This document shows, one piece after another, positions 7,836 through 16,909 of a DNA stretch of 38,031 nucleotides; position 1 is the stretch's first letter; every line of letters starts with the position of its first letter. The translations under genes and the position numbers were made by a program. Location: NCBI GenBank assembly GCA_049314435.1, contig JBMOFD010000007.1:1-38031 (forward strand), read 5' to 3'. The notes beneath the pieces were generated by a model that was given only the letters and a program-made list of their open reading frames with translations, was not told the origin of the DNA and searched no databases. This DNA is from Chlamydiia bacterium. GTDB taxonomy: Bacteria; Chlamydiota; Chlamydiia; Chlamydiales; JBMOFD01.

Positions 7836-10303
7836 GATGTGCTCCTCAGGGCATGGCCCGTTGGGGTATCCATCCGAGCCAATGTCTCTGGAGAGCCATC
7901 AAAGAGTAGATGGCCTCCCTCTGGTCCACCTACAGGTCCCAACTCCAAGCAATGGTCGGCTTGACGCACGACATCGAGATGGTGGTCGATGATCACTACA
8001 GAATGTCCCAGGTCGACCAGTCGCTGTAGGGCCTGGATCAGAAGAGCCAGTTCCGCTGGGTGGAGCCCAGAGCTAGGTTCATCCAGGAGATAGAGAGTCC
8101 TCATGGGATGGGAGGTCGAGAGTTCCTTAGCGAGGCGCACTCGTTGGAGTTCCCCATAACTGAGACTGGGCAGCGGTTGACCTAAGACCAGATACCCTAA
8201 CCCCAGCTCCAACATCGGCTCCAGCATGCGCTTAAGCTGAGGTAGGTCGTTGAACTCCTTAAGAGCCGCCTCCACAGTCGTGGCCAGCACATCGGCGATC
8301 GAGCGCTCATGCCAAAGGCATTGCAACGTGTCCTCGTTATAGCGGCGTCCCTGACAAGTATCGCAGGTGAGGTAAAGATCGGGAAGTAGTTCCAGGGAGA
8401 TGCGACGAACTCCCAACCCTTCACAGGCCTCACAGCGACCTCCAGGGCGGTGCAGTCCAAAGCGAGTCGCCGTATAGCCACGAGCCCGAGCCAGTCGGGT
8501 CTGTGCAAAGAGCTGTCGCATCGGTGTCATCAGGTCTAGATAGGTGGCGACCAGCGAGCGGGGATGACGCACCGCTTCCTCGACAACGACCTGCACCAAC
8601 CGCTCAGGGAATCCCTTTCCGGTCACCTTCATCTGAGAGGAAGTGCCCTCCCCATCGATCTTCTGCTGGACTCGTGGTGCTAGGCACTCCAAGACCAGAG
8701 TGCTCTTGCCCGAGCCTGAGACGCCACAGACCACGACGAGACGCTCCAGCGGAAACTGTATGGTGAGGTCCTTCAGGTTATGGCGCTTCAGACCCGTGAG
8801 TTCGATCGTGGAACGGGATACGGGTCGTAGACGTGAGGGCGTACGACCTAGAGCTCCTCGGAGCCACTGTCCCGTGAGACAGTCAGAGGCTTTACAAGCT
8901 TCAACGGATCCTTGGAAGGTGATCTCGCCACCCTGTGGACCAGCCGCTGGCCCCAACTCGATAATCTGATCCGCCAGCTGGAGAAGATGGCGGTCGTGAT
9001 CGAGGATCAGTACGGTATTCTCTAATGTGACAAGGGCTTGTACCGTCTCGCCTAGGAGGAGGATATCCTCAGGGTGAAGTCCTGCTGTGGGCTCATCGAG
9101 GATATAGAGCACACCGCTCAGCTTAGCTCCGATATGTGCCGCTAACTGCACGCGATGGTCCTCTCCTTCGCTGAGCGAGCAGCCCCGTCGACCGAGAGCC
9201 ATATACCCTAGGCCCAACTGCGTGAGGAGCCTGAGCCGATGGCGCAACTCAGGTAGGAGTTCCCTTTCCAGCCTCTGTTGAGCGTCTGGGAGGGGATGAG
9301 GGGGTGGAGTCTCCAGTATAGCTAAGAGTTCTCCCAGGGTCTTTTCCTGCAGGAGTGCCCAGGTAAGAGATCTCCAGCGGATCGCCAGGCTATACGCCTG
9401 GAGGCCCGTCCCATGACAGGTCGCACAAGGCTGCCATGGCTCGGTAGCTTCAGCATCCAGACGCCCTCCGCTGCCCTGACAGCTCGAACAAGCTCCCCGC
9501 CCTGATGAGGAGAAGTGACGGCCGGTGAGAGTCGGAAAGCGCTCCCCAGTGGCCGGATCGATCCAGTCCTCAGTGAGGACTAGAGTCTCCTCATCCCAGA
9601 TCACTTTGACGATCCCACGGGACAGGTTCAATGCCGTCTGAATGGAATTGAGAAGGCGCTCCTCAATCCCCGGTCGTTGCACCAGCCGATCGATTACGAC
9701 TTCAAGGGGGGCGGTGGCAGAAAGAGACTTCGGTAGCTCCTCATCAAGGAGGAGCTCTGTTCCACCTAGGCGCACACGGATGAAGCCAAGGGACTGCAGT
9801 CGTGCTAGGCGCTCCTCCAGCGGTTCTCCTTTGGGAGGCAGAGGACTGAGGATGGTGAAACGAGCTTCCTTGGGGATCTCCTTCATGAGACGTTCGACCA
9901 TCAAGGGACGGGGAGTGGCTGCTAGAGGGAGTCCACTAGTAGGGCTATAAGACTGGCCACAACTAGCAAAGAGCACTCCAAAGAGGTCATCCAGGTCGGT
10001 GTGTTGCCCAATGGTGATGGAGGGCCCAATCCGGCCTGTTCCCTGACCTAATGCCAAACAAGGGCATAGACCCTCGACGTAGTCCACTGCCGGACGAGGC
10101 ATCAGGCGAATCGACTGGCGGATGTGGGGAGAGAGGCACTCGAGGAAACGCCTCTGCGCCTCGGCATAGAGAGTCCCAAAGGCCAGGCTAGACTTGCCAC
10201 AGCCACTCACTCCCACCAGGGCGATCAGCTGGCCCTTGGGGATGGTGAGATCAAACCCCTTGAGGTTGTTTTGGCGGCAGCCCTTCAAAACGATGGCACC
10301 CAT
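7832..10303 (-). CDS. uvrA: UvrA-family ABC ATPase (divergent excinuclease A paralog, ~823 aa)
   Basis: Two Walker A motifs (GVSGCGKSS, GVSGSGKST), NNLK/HNLK, YILDEPTAGLHP and YLLDEPSSGLHP, Zn-binding CEACEG..CDTCQGRRY, ELGP.AG..GG. The ATG at 10303 overlaps the ptr stop (TGATG). Confidence 0.85.
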   Translation of the reverse strand: MGAIVLKGCRQNNLKGFDLTIPKGQLIALVGVSGCGKSSLAFGTLYAEAQRRFLECLSPHIRQSIRLMPRPAVDYVEGLCPCLALGQGTGRIGPSITIGQHTDLDDLFGVLFASCGQSYSPTSGLPLAATPRPLMVERLMKEIPKEARFTILSPLPPKGEPLEERLARLQSLGFIRVRLGGTELLLDEELPKSLSATAPLEVVIDRLVQRPGIEERLLNSIQTALNLSRGIVKVIWDEETLVLTEDWIDPATGERFPTLTGRHFSSSGRGACSSCQGSGGRLDAEATEPWQPCATCHGTGLQAYSLAIRWRSLTWALLQEKTLGELLAILETPPPHPLPDAQQRLERELLPELRHRLRLLTQLGLGYMALGRRGCSLSEGEDHRVQLAAHIGAKLSGVLYILDEPTAGLHPEDILLLGETVQALVTLENTVLILDHDRHLLQLADQIIELGPAAGPQGGEITFQGSVEACKASDCLTGQWLRGALGRTPSRLRPVSRSTIELTGLKRHNLKDLTIQFPLERLVVVCGVSGSGKSTLVLECLAPRVQQKIDGEGTSSQMKVTGKGFPERLVQVVVEEAVRHPRSLVATYLDLMTPMRQLFAQTRLARARGYTATRFGLHRPGGRCEACEGLGVRRISLELLPDLYLTCDTCQGRRYNEDTLQCLWHERSIADVLATTVEAALKEFNDLPQLKRMLEPMLELGLGYLVLGQPLPSLSYGELQRVRLAKELSTSHPMRTLYLLDEPSSGLHPAELALLIQALQRLVDLGHSVVIIDHHLDVVRQADHCLELGPVGGPEGGHLLFDGSPETLARMDTPTGHALRSTS

Positions 10304-13203
10304 CAACGAACCTCAACGATGTTCAGGGTAGGCTGGCTCTCTCCAGAAGGGGTGTACTCACGTACCACTGCTTCGGTCACATCCAGAGGACCATCAATCC
10401 ACACGGCGATCTCCCCCTGAGGCTGCGTCATCCAGGCCTTCCAACGCTCTAGAACTTCTTCATAGCGCATCGCCTTAAAGGCTTCGACCATCTCGTCGCC
10501 TAGGTCGAAGTTTCCATTCTCTTCGAAGGCCCGCCTCAAGATCCACGCTACTTCCTCCTGCTGCGAGGCAAAGGGTCGCTGCCATATTTGGAGACGTCCT
10601 AGCCGTAACGATTCAAAGCGCTCCTCAGAGAAGAAGGGTCCCGGCTCATGCAAGCAGCCGTCCAGGAAGGCATGATCTCGGCCCAGGAGGTCGAGCCCAC
10701 GATGACTATGGCTCAGCTGAGTGAAGAGCAGCCAACCCATCCGATCCCGGTACTCGGAGAAGCTGGTTGAGAGGGAATAGCTCGTCTTCTGCTGGCTGCG
10801 CAGCGTGGAGAAGAAGGGTTCTTGTAGAGCGCTGGCCATGATACGAAGGAAGGCCCGATCGTGAGCATCCCGGCACTCTAGAGGGATCGCTAGGCAGAGC
10901 CCCTGGCCAGGTCGAGTGCAGGGCTGGCGTAGAAGACAGAGCTGCTTGGCTTCCTGGACGGAGACAAGCTGATGTGCGGGATGCATCGCTTTGGACCAGG
11001 GCCGCGATTGTAAGATCCCGTGGACTCGGTCGGTAAGGAGCTGCGCCCGGTCTCGCCCCATGTTGCCGTACCAGAGAGCCTGTACATACACCTGGTCGCA
11101 GCAGCCATGCCACCATGCTGTGAAGGCCTCCTCGTCCAACTGGCTAAGAGCACCCTGCTTGAGTTCAGTGCTCCAAAAAGGAGGTTGTAATACCCCCTGA
11201 AGAATCCTTCTAGCCTGCTGGTTCGGGTAGTCCTCGCCCTCTTGTAGATAGCGCCCAGCTAACTCGGTGCAAGCCTGAGCGAGCTCCTCTTTGGTCCATT
11301 GCAGGTGGCGAAGCTGCCGTACCATCTCCAAAAGAGCATCTCCAGCATGGTGGCTCAGCCCTGATACCTGCAGTTCGATCCGATCTCCAGCACTTGAGTA
11401 GCGCAGCTGAAGGTCAGCTGCACTCGCTAAGGTAGAGAAGGAGAGCAGGCGCTGCTCCAGCAGGAGCATCACCAGATCTCCATACAGGGTGGCATCAAGA
11501 GACTCGTCGAGTCGTGGACTCAGCCACCGCAGCGTCAAGACCGAGCGTGGCAGCCCAAAGGTCTCATCTTGCTTCCAGTAGATCTGTGCTCGGTCGGTAC
11601 TCTCAATGAGAGTGGGATGGGGCCAGGTCCACTTCACTGGAGCCGCCTGACTCAATACGTTGAAGTCGGAAGCCATGAGGGGATTGAGCCGAGGACACTG
11701 CATAGGTTCGCCGGCCAGCGGTGTGGTGAGGGCAACAAGGTCCTCCTCCCCAAGTGGTCTCCAGGAGTAAGGGATCTGGAACCATGGCTCCAAGTCGGGC
11801 AGCTCGATGGCCAGCTCCTCGGCGGGGAGCTGAAGATGGTGCAGCCCTTTAGCGGGCTGGAGGTGGGGGAGAAGCTCTCGCAGTGCATGACGATGCCACT
11901 CTAGGGGAGCCAGGCTCAGCCTGGGGTAACTAGCCATCGACTCGTCTAAGAGCTGATCCGCCTGTTCCATCACCTCTTCAAAGGCATCCTGCCGTGTCCG
12001 ATGAAGATGCTGCTGGAGCGCAAACAGAATCGTCTGTTCCTGAACAGCTGAGGGGAGGGGATCGCGACGCAATGTTTCCAAGTAGGCGTAGATCTGTGTG
12101 GCGACATCCCGCCAATGTTGACCACCCTCTTGTGTTAGGTCCGCGACTAGCGTTGCCATCGCCTGTCCTGTGGAGATTCGATCCGTTGTGGAGTTGAGCC
12201 CCTGGATCCAACCTCTCTGGTGCAGCTGATCGAGGAGGCCTCCAGCATGGCCCGACATGAGAAGTCGGTGAAGATGCCAGTCGGGAGCTTGCTCTTGATT
12301 CAGCACCAGCCCGGGAGGCATCTCCCAGTGGAGGTGGAGACGACGCTGTCCACCATGCGAGTGGTTGCACTGGAAGGAACCACGAGCCCGTGTGCCAAAG
12401 AGAGGCGTGGAGGGCTGCGGGATCGGAGCCCCAATCCGTTTAGGGATCGCCCCGAAGGTGGCATTGACGATCCTCTGCAAGTCATCCATGGGGAGGCTAC
12501 TCTGGATGACGAGCCGCATGTGGTCTGTCGTGTAGTAGCGCGACCAAAATTCCATCAGGTCGCTTCTCTTGATTTCCTTCAGCGTGTCCGCAGTGCCGAT
12601 GTCAAATCGGTGATAGGGATGCTCTTCGTTGAGAGCATGCTTGAGGAGTTCCTGTGCTCTCCAAGCATCGGAGTCTCGGTAGCGCAGGAACTCCTGATGG
12701 ATCACCTGCAGCTCACGCGCCATCGCCTCTTCATCGAATGTCGGGGCAACGAAGAACTGAGCAAAGCGGTCCATCGCCTCTAAGAGGGCCTCCTGGGGGA
12801 TGCTCATGGCGTAGACGGTTCGATCGGAATCGGTGTAGGCGTTTCTCTTGCCACCATGATCAGAGATGAAGCGGTAGTAGTCGTTGGCAGCGGGATATTT
12901 CTTGGTGCTCTGCAGCAGCATGTGTTCCAAGAAGTGGGCTAGCCCTTGGAGACGAGGCGGTTCGTGGATCGAGCCCACTCCTACCGACACCGCTGCTGCT
13001 GTGTTGGCTCCTGGATCTGAGATCATGAGAACCTCCAGGCCATTCTCGAGAATCAGCTTCCGCTGCTCCCAGGTCGGGTAGGCGCGTGGGCTCAGTCGAA
13101 GGCCCGACTCATCTTTGATGGAGACAGGGGGAAGTAACGAGGGATCTGCCATGCCATGACCGAGGAGGCACACTCCGATCGCAAAACATCCGCATCTGAA
13201 CAT
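10303..13203 (-). CDS. ptr: Insulinase/pitrilysin family (M16A) zinc protease, exported
   Basis: GLAHFLEHM (HxxEH), NAYT, LENGL, FFSTLRSQQKTSY; N-terminal signal-like segment; downstream of plsB as in Chlamydia. Confidence 0.9.
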   Translation of the reverse strand: MFRCGCFAIGVCLLGHGMADPSLLPPVSIKDESGLRLSPRAYPTWEQRKLILENGLEVLMISDPGANTAAAVSVGVGSIHEPPRLQGLAHFLEHMLLQSTKKYPAANDYYRFISDHGGKRNAYTDSDRTVYAMSIPQEALLEAMDRFAQFFVAPTFDEEAMARELQVIHQEFLRYRDSDAWRAQELLKHALNEEHPYHRFDIGTADTLKEIKRSDLMEFWSRYYTTDHMRLVIQSSLPMDDLQRIVNATFGAIPKRIGAPIPQPSTPLFGTRARGSFQCNHSHGGQRRLHLHWEMPPGLVLNQEQAPDWHLHRLLMSGHAGGLLDQLHQRGWIQGLNSTTDRISTGQAMATLVADLTQEGGQHWRDVATQIYAYLETLRRDPLPSAVQEQTILFALQQHLHRTRQDAFEEVMEQADQLLDESMASYPRLSLAPLEWHRHALRELLPHLQPAKGLHHLQLPAEELAIELPDLEPWFQIPYSWRPLGEEDLVALTTPLAGEPMQCPRLNPLMASDFNVLSQAAPVKWTWPHPTLIESTDRAQIYWKQDETFGLPRSVLTLRWLSPRLDESLDATLYGDLVMLLLEQRLLSFSTLASAADLQLRYSSAGDRIELQVSGLSHHAGDALLEMVRQLRHLQWTKEELAQACTELAGRYLQEGEDYPNQQARRILQGVLQPPFWSTELKQGALSQLDEEAFTAWWHGCCDQVYVQALWYGNMGRDRAQLLTDRVHGILQSRPWSKAMHPAHQLVSVQEAKQLCLLRQPCTRPGQGLCLAIPLECRDAHDRAFLRIMASALQEPFFSTLRSQQKTSYSLSTSFSEYRDRMGWLLFTQLSHSHRGLDLLGRDHAFLDGCLHEPGPFFSEERFESLRLGRLQIWQRPFASQQEEVAWILRRAFEENGNFDLGDEMVEAFKAMRYEEVLERWKAWMTQPQGEIAVWIDGPLDVTEAVVREYTPSGESQPTLNIVEVR

Positions 13204-13565
13204 GAACAGCTCCTGGACCTTGAGGCGATGGGGACCCCACCTCTTACATCCAGTATATCCGAATCGATGGTTCGAGCTGATGCGAGAAGAACCGGTTTAG
13301 TTAGAGCAAACGAGCCCTGCTCGACTTGCTCCGGTAGGAGTCGTCTCACGACAGACTCGACGCTGCTCCGCAACTGAACCTGCTCCTCTGACACCAAGTT
13401 ACGCGGACTTGTGGCAAGGCCGAGATTCTTTGTCGTGAGTCTCATGATCAGCTTGGTGAGAGCGTCTTGGCATTCGGCGAGGTAGATCGGGAAGATCTCT
13501 TGAAAGTCCTGAACGTCGGCGGGCGCAAGTCGGTGGTCCTGTAGAATCTTCGTGGATCGTTTCAC
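13092..13565 (-). CDS. Possible hypothetical protein or degraded gene
   Basis: Only ORF filling the gap upstream of ptr. It overlaps ptr by 112 bp and has no recognisable motif. Confidence 0.3.
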   Translation of the reverse strand: MKRSTKILQDHRLAPADVQDFQEIFPIYLAECQDALTKLIMRLTTKNLGLATSPRNLVSEEQVQLRSSVESVVRRLLPEQVEQGSFALTKPVLLASARTIDSDILDVRGGVPIASRSRSCSCSDADVLRSECASSVMAWQIPRYFPLSPSKMSRAFD

Positions 13566-13705
13566 CGTGCGATAGGTCGCGGCATTCTAGTGGTTTGGAG
13601 TCTCGATGTCTGCAGTTTCCGTCCCATGTGGGTAATGCATAGATGCCTATTCAGCCTCAGAGGTCATGGTCATGTCCGTCGAATTTCTTAATAATACAAA
13701 TATAA

Positions 13706-13734
13706 TTGAGCTAATATAATCTTTAATATATCAT
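13706..13734 (+). promoter_or_regulatory. Putative sigma70/sigma66 promoter
   Basis: TTGAGC-17 nt-TATCAT in a very AT-rich tract (13681-13735), 46 bp upstream of the ATG at 13781. Confidence 0.5.
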
Positions 13735-13780
13735 TGTAGCTAGAAAGGCATGATCTATAGCATTTAACCATGGCGCTCCT

Positions 13781-14344
13781 ATGAGTATGCGTATTTCTAC
13801 AGGGGGTGAGTTTCCCCCGTCGTTCACCTCACATCAAGAGATGACCGAACTCCGTGCGGAAGGAGTGCGTGATCTTGACTTGGCGGATGTTCCACAAGCA
13901 GAGACAGCCGCGATCAACAAGCCGAGCTCCGTCCAGCCAGAGCACAAGCTGTCGCCCGCGATGCGGAGACTCCTCATCGCCGGTATTGTCCTTGGGTCTC
14001 TGTTAGCTTTGGCTGCTGGAGCGGCTGGATGCTTCCTCACGCTCAGCCTGTTCATCCCGGCAGTGGCCGGTAGTGCGGCCTTTGGTGCGTTTACATTGGG
14101 TTGCTGGTCCATTGGGGTTCTCATCGGGGAGCTCGCCCTACTCTGCCTATCAGATCCGGTGACAGCACTAGGCGCTATTTTCGTCGGTGGGTTAGCGGCG
14201 ACGGCCTTTGCCTTCCCCTTTATCCTTGGTGTCTCAGGACTGGCCGGATGCTTGCCCGGCGTGTTCCTCGTCGCCTATTGCGCCGATCGCCTCAGAGCGG
14301 AGCAACAGGTGTCCCAGAATCGTGCCTCTGTTCGGAGGAGCTAG
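13781..14344 (+). CDS. Inclusion-membrane (Inc)-like hydrophobic protein
   Basis: Hydrophilic Ser/Pro-rich N-terminus, then ~105 almost uninterrupted hydrophobic Gly/Ala-rich residues (two possible bilobed hairpins) and a short basic tail. No Sec signal. Confidence 0.65.
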   Translation: MSMRISTGGEFPPSFTSHQEMTELRAEGVRDLDLADVPQAETAAINKPSSVQPEHKLSPAMRRLLIAGIVLGSLLALAAGAAGCFLTLSLFIPAVAGSAAFGAFTLGCWSIGVLIGELALLCLSDPVTALGAIFVGGLAATAFAFPFILGVSGLAGCLPGVFLVAYCADRLRAEQQVSQNRASVRRS

Positions 14345-14354
14345 GGTTTTACCG

Positions 14355-14397
14355 AAGGCTGCTGCAGGGATCGTTCGACGATCCCTGCAGCAGCCTT
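14355..14397. terminator. Perfect 20-bp inverted repeat (hairpin) after the Inc-like gene
   Basis: AAGGCTGCTGCAGGGATCGT-tcg-ACGATCCCTGCAGCAGCCTT. There is no clear U-tract, so terminator function is uncertain. Confidence 0.6.
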
Positions 14398-14568
14398 GTG
14401 CACAAATATTTTGTATTACGGGCGTTTGCGATCCAATGTCAGACTGGGTGCTTCTCATTGAGCTCATCAGCGGTTCAGAACTAAATTAATTATTCGCACT
14501 CCATCTTTAAGGTCTTCTAACACACTCCGTCCATAATAAATGGATAACTGAATGATAGGAGTTCAATC

Positions 14569-15867
14569 ATGAGTAGGATTGCTGCCCAAGGGCCAAGCCA
14601 AGCGCATCTGTTTCAGGCGCAGTCAAACCCTCCAGAATTTCCGACCGAGTTGAGCCGGCTTCTTGCACACAAAGCCCTGTTGAAGCAGGTGGTTGAGGTG
14701 GTAGATGCCACGCTCTACCGTGCTCAGCAGACCAATGACGAGAGCGATCCGGTGACCGAACAGTTCAACTGTGCGGCGCGTACGCCGGTGGTTGGGGGAT
14801 TCCTGGGGATCGGTCGTATCTTCTACGGTCTGGGTAAAGCAGGATTTTATGGCGCTGGGGCGTTAGCGATGATCGCCACCTTCCGTGATCGTCGGACCAA
14901 AGTGGAATATGGTTGGGCGGCCTGGGATGGCCTCAAGCACTTCGCTCGAGGATTTGCAGAGAGCTTTGCCGTGCTCACGCTCCTCGTGGCGATCAACAAT
15001 TGGAATGAGTCAAAAAGGAATGGCCGTAGAGCTAGTGAAGTGATGGCGGTAGGCCAGTCGTTCCTGAACCAGTACCGAATGAATAACTTCCTGTCGCAGG
15101 AGGATGACAAGCAACTGGTGAAGTTGAACCAGCGTATCGAATCGGATGACCGACAAGCTGGCGAGGCCCTCAGGCTAGCCCAACAACTCAGCCAGACGAT
15201 GCCAGCTTTCAGCAAGATGTTCGCCACCTTCCAGAAAGACGCCAATACAGGGAAGCTTGTTGAGCTCCTGCTGAAGCCGAAGCAGCCGAGCGCCCGTGGG
15301 ATAGATGACGCAAATGAAAGGCTGATGGACGGTTGCCGATCCTATCGTTTGGACAAGAGAGCCACTCTGAGCAGCGCTCTGCAGTCCTGGCAAAAGCATG
15401 CTCATCAGCTTCTCGAGGAGTATGGCATGCAGATGGATCAGCTCACCGATGCTCAAGTGGAGCAGAAGATCGATGCGCTAAAGGAGTCAGTGGCTGCGGC
15501 TGTTTCATCTCATAGAGCTGCCTGCGCTCTAGCGCCTAGTGCTCCTCCTGAGCCGGACGCACAAGTTGAGCCAGACGCACAAGCAGCGCCCGGTTTCATC
15601 AGACATGAGCTTTCCTTGGAGCGACCTGCACACGTTGTCTCAAACGTTTGGCAGGCCAATGTTGACTCCTTCACCGATGCTGTCGAATTCCTCGGAGGAA
15701 CCGTTCGTCCTCTCAGAGAAACGACAGAAGTTCTGATCCCTACGGATCAGAAGACGAATTTGCAGATCGCGCTGACCAACCCAGCAAGTGCCTATCAGCT
15801 GAACGAGGCGTTCTTCCAGCTGCTAGAACGGAAAGGGATCCTCGTTAAAAGCGTGGTCGTTGGCTAA
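14569..15867 (+). CDS. Hypothetical membrane-associated, coiled-coil protein; candidate type III effector
   Basis: SD AGGAG before the ATG; polar N-terminus; hydrophobic PVVGGFLGIGRIFYG..ALAMIATF and HFARGFAESFAVLTLLVAI segments; helical C-terminal half. Confidence 0.75.
   Translation: MSRIAAQGPSQAHLFQAQSNPPEFPTELSRLLAHKALLKQVVEVVDATLYRAQQTNDESDPVTEQFNCAARTPVVGGFLGIGRIFYGLGKAGFYGAGALAMIATFRDRRTKVEYGWAAWDGLKHFARGFAESFAVLTLLVAINNWNESKRNGRRASEVMAVGQSFLNQYRMNNFLSQEDDKQLVKLNQRIESDDRQAGEALRLAQQLSQTMPAFSKMFATFQKDANTGKLVELLLKPKQPSARGIDDANERLMDGCRSYRLDKRATLSSALQSWQKHAHQLLEEYGMQMDQLTDAQVEQKIDALKESVAAAVSSHRAACALAPSAPPEPDAQVEPDAQAAPGFIRHELSLERPAHVVSNVWQANVDSFTDAVEFLGGTVRPLRETTEVLIPTDQKTNLQIALTNPASAYQLNEAFFQLLERKGILVKSVVVG
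15550..15585 (+). repeat. 18-bp tandem repeat x2 (EPDAQV/EPDAQA)
   Basis: GAGCCGGACGCACAAGTT followed by GAGCCAGACGCACAAGCA. Confidence 0.8.
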
Positions 15868-15884
15868 ATATCGGAAATAATGAC

Positions 15885-15914
15885 CCAAGCCTTGCTCATG
15901 TTGGCAAGGCTTGG
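15885..15914. terminator. Hairpin between convergent genes, possible bidirectional terminator
   Basis: CCAAGCCTTGC-N8-GCAAGGCTTGG between the stops at 15867 (+) and 15941 (-). Confidence 0.55.
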
Positions 15915-15940
15915 AGGAGAGGCGGGGCCGTAAAGGCCCA

Positions 15941-16909
15941 CTACTCTCTACCTATTTCCGTCTCCAAGGAATCGACTTCATGAGCCACCTGGCTATGGAT
16001 CAGGCGGGCTCTCTCTTCACGACCCTCTCGCCCAGCGGGCAGAGCATTCCAATCGATCTCGTTCAATAAAGACATGCCGACGCCCCCACCCAGGGTGCGA
16101 CGCGCTTCTCCCAACTCCTTCTCCACTTTGGGAGGAGGAGGCATCAGACGGTAGGTATCCAGGGCTAGGGGATAGCAGTGGGTCGGGCGCCGACTCTGCA
16201 TCGACAGGAGACGGAGGAGCTCCACGCTGTCTGAATCGAAGGGGATCACCTGCACCCGACCTGTCTCATCCGCGCGATCACGGCCACCTGCACAAGCCAC
16301 CCAGAGACACAGTCCACCCTGATGCATCTTGGCTTTTAGGATGCCTAGGGCGCGCTGGTTGTGCTCTAGCTGGCGAGCTCGCTGCAGAGGATCTTCGGGA
16401 AGATGTCTCTTGGAATAGACGCAGAGGAGTGAGCGACCCAAACTAAAAGGGATGGTGATCGGATCGCTCGTCACGCGAGCACCCGCCATCATCACCATCT
16501 CTTCAGCCAGTTTGGGATCTCTGTTCTCTAGCAGAAGCTGCATTGCTGGTGGCTCAGCTTCCGATTGGTGATTCGAGAGAAGGATCACGTTCTCCCCACG
16601 ATCGAGCTGCTCACGGACTCGATCCCAAGGTCCTCGGAGGACGGAACGAGCAGGATCCGCTAAAGGACGGAAGAACTCCAATCCGAAGGTGAGATAGTCA
16701 AAAGGGGAGCGCTGAGCCGTATGCCATGGCTCAAAGACATAGGGCTGGTGCAGCTGTTGCTGTACCAGAGTCCAGAGTTGCTCGAGTCGCTGGTGGAGAT
16801 CTTCCGCCTCAAACCCATGCCTCTGACCAATGCTCAGATAATCAGAGACCAGGCAATCGAGCTGGCTGCGTACCCGCAGCCGATGCTCTTCTGCAGCTGT
16901 GCTCGTCAT
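15941..16909 (-). CDS. plsB: Glycerol-3-phosphate acyltransferase, chlamydial/plastid type
   Basis: FEPWH..RSPFDY..FGLEFFRPL, ENVILLSNHQSEAEP, AG.RV..DP...PFSLGR.LLCVYSKRH, GGRDR, MPPPP; ATGA overlap with rng. Confidence 0.9.
   Translation of the reverse strand: MTSTAAEEHRLRVRSQLDCLVSDYLSIGQRHGFEAEDLHQRLEQLWTLVQQQLHQPYVFEPWHTAQRSPFDYLTFGLEFFRPLADPARSVLRGPWDRVREQLDRGENVILLSNHQSEAEPPAMQLLLENRDPKLAEEMVMMAGARVTSDPITIPFSLGRSLLCVYSKRHLPEDPLQRARQLEHNQRALGILKAKMHQGGLCLWVACAGGRDRADETGRVQVIPFDSDSVELLRLLSMQSRRPTHCYPLALDTYRLMPPPPKVEKELGEARRTLGGGVGMSLLNEIDWNALPAGREGREERARLIHSQVAHEVDSLETEIGRE

Noticed and set aside
13745..13762. Sigma54 promoter (GGCATG...TAGC)
   Set aside because: GG-to-GC spacing is 11 nt rather than the required 10.
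15915..15940. Third copy of the GC-rich double-hairpin repeat
   Set aside because: Only GCGGGGC..GCCC is shared; the first hairpin is unrelated in sequence.
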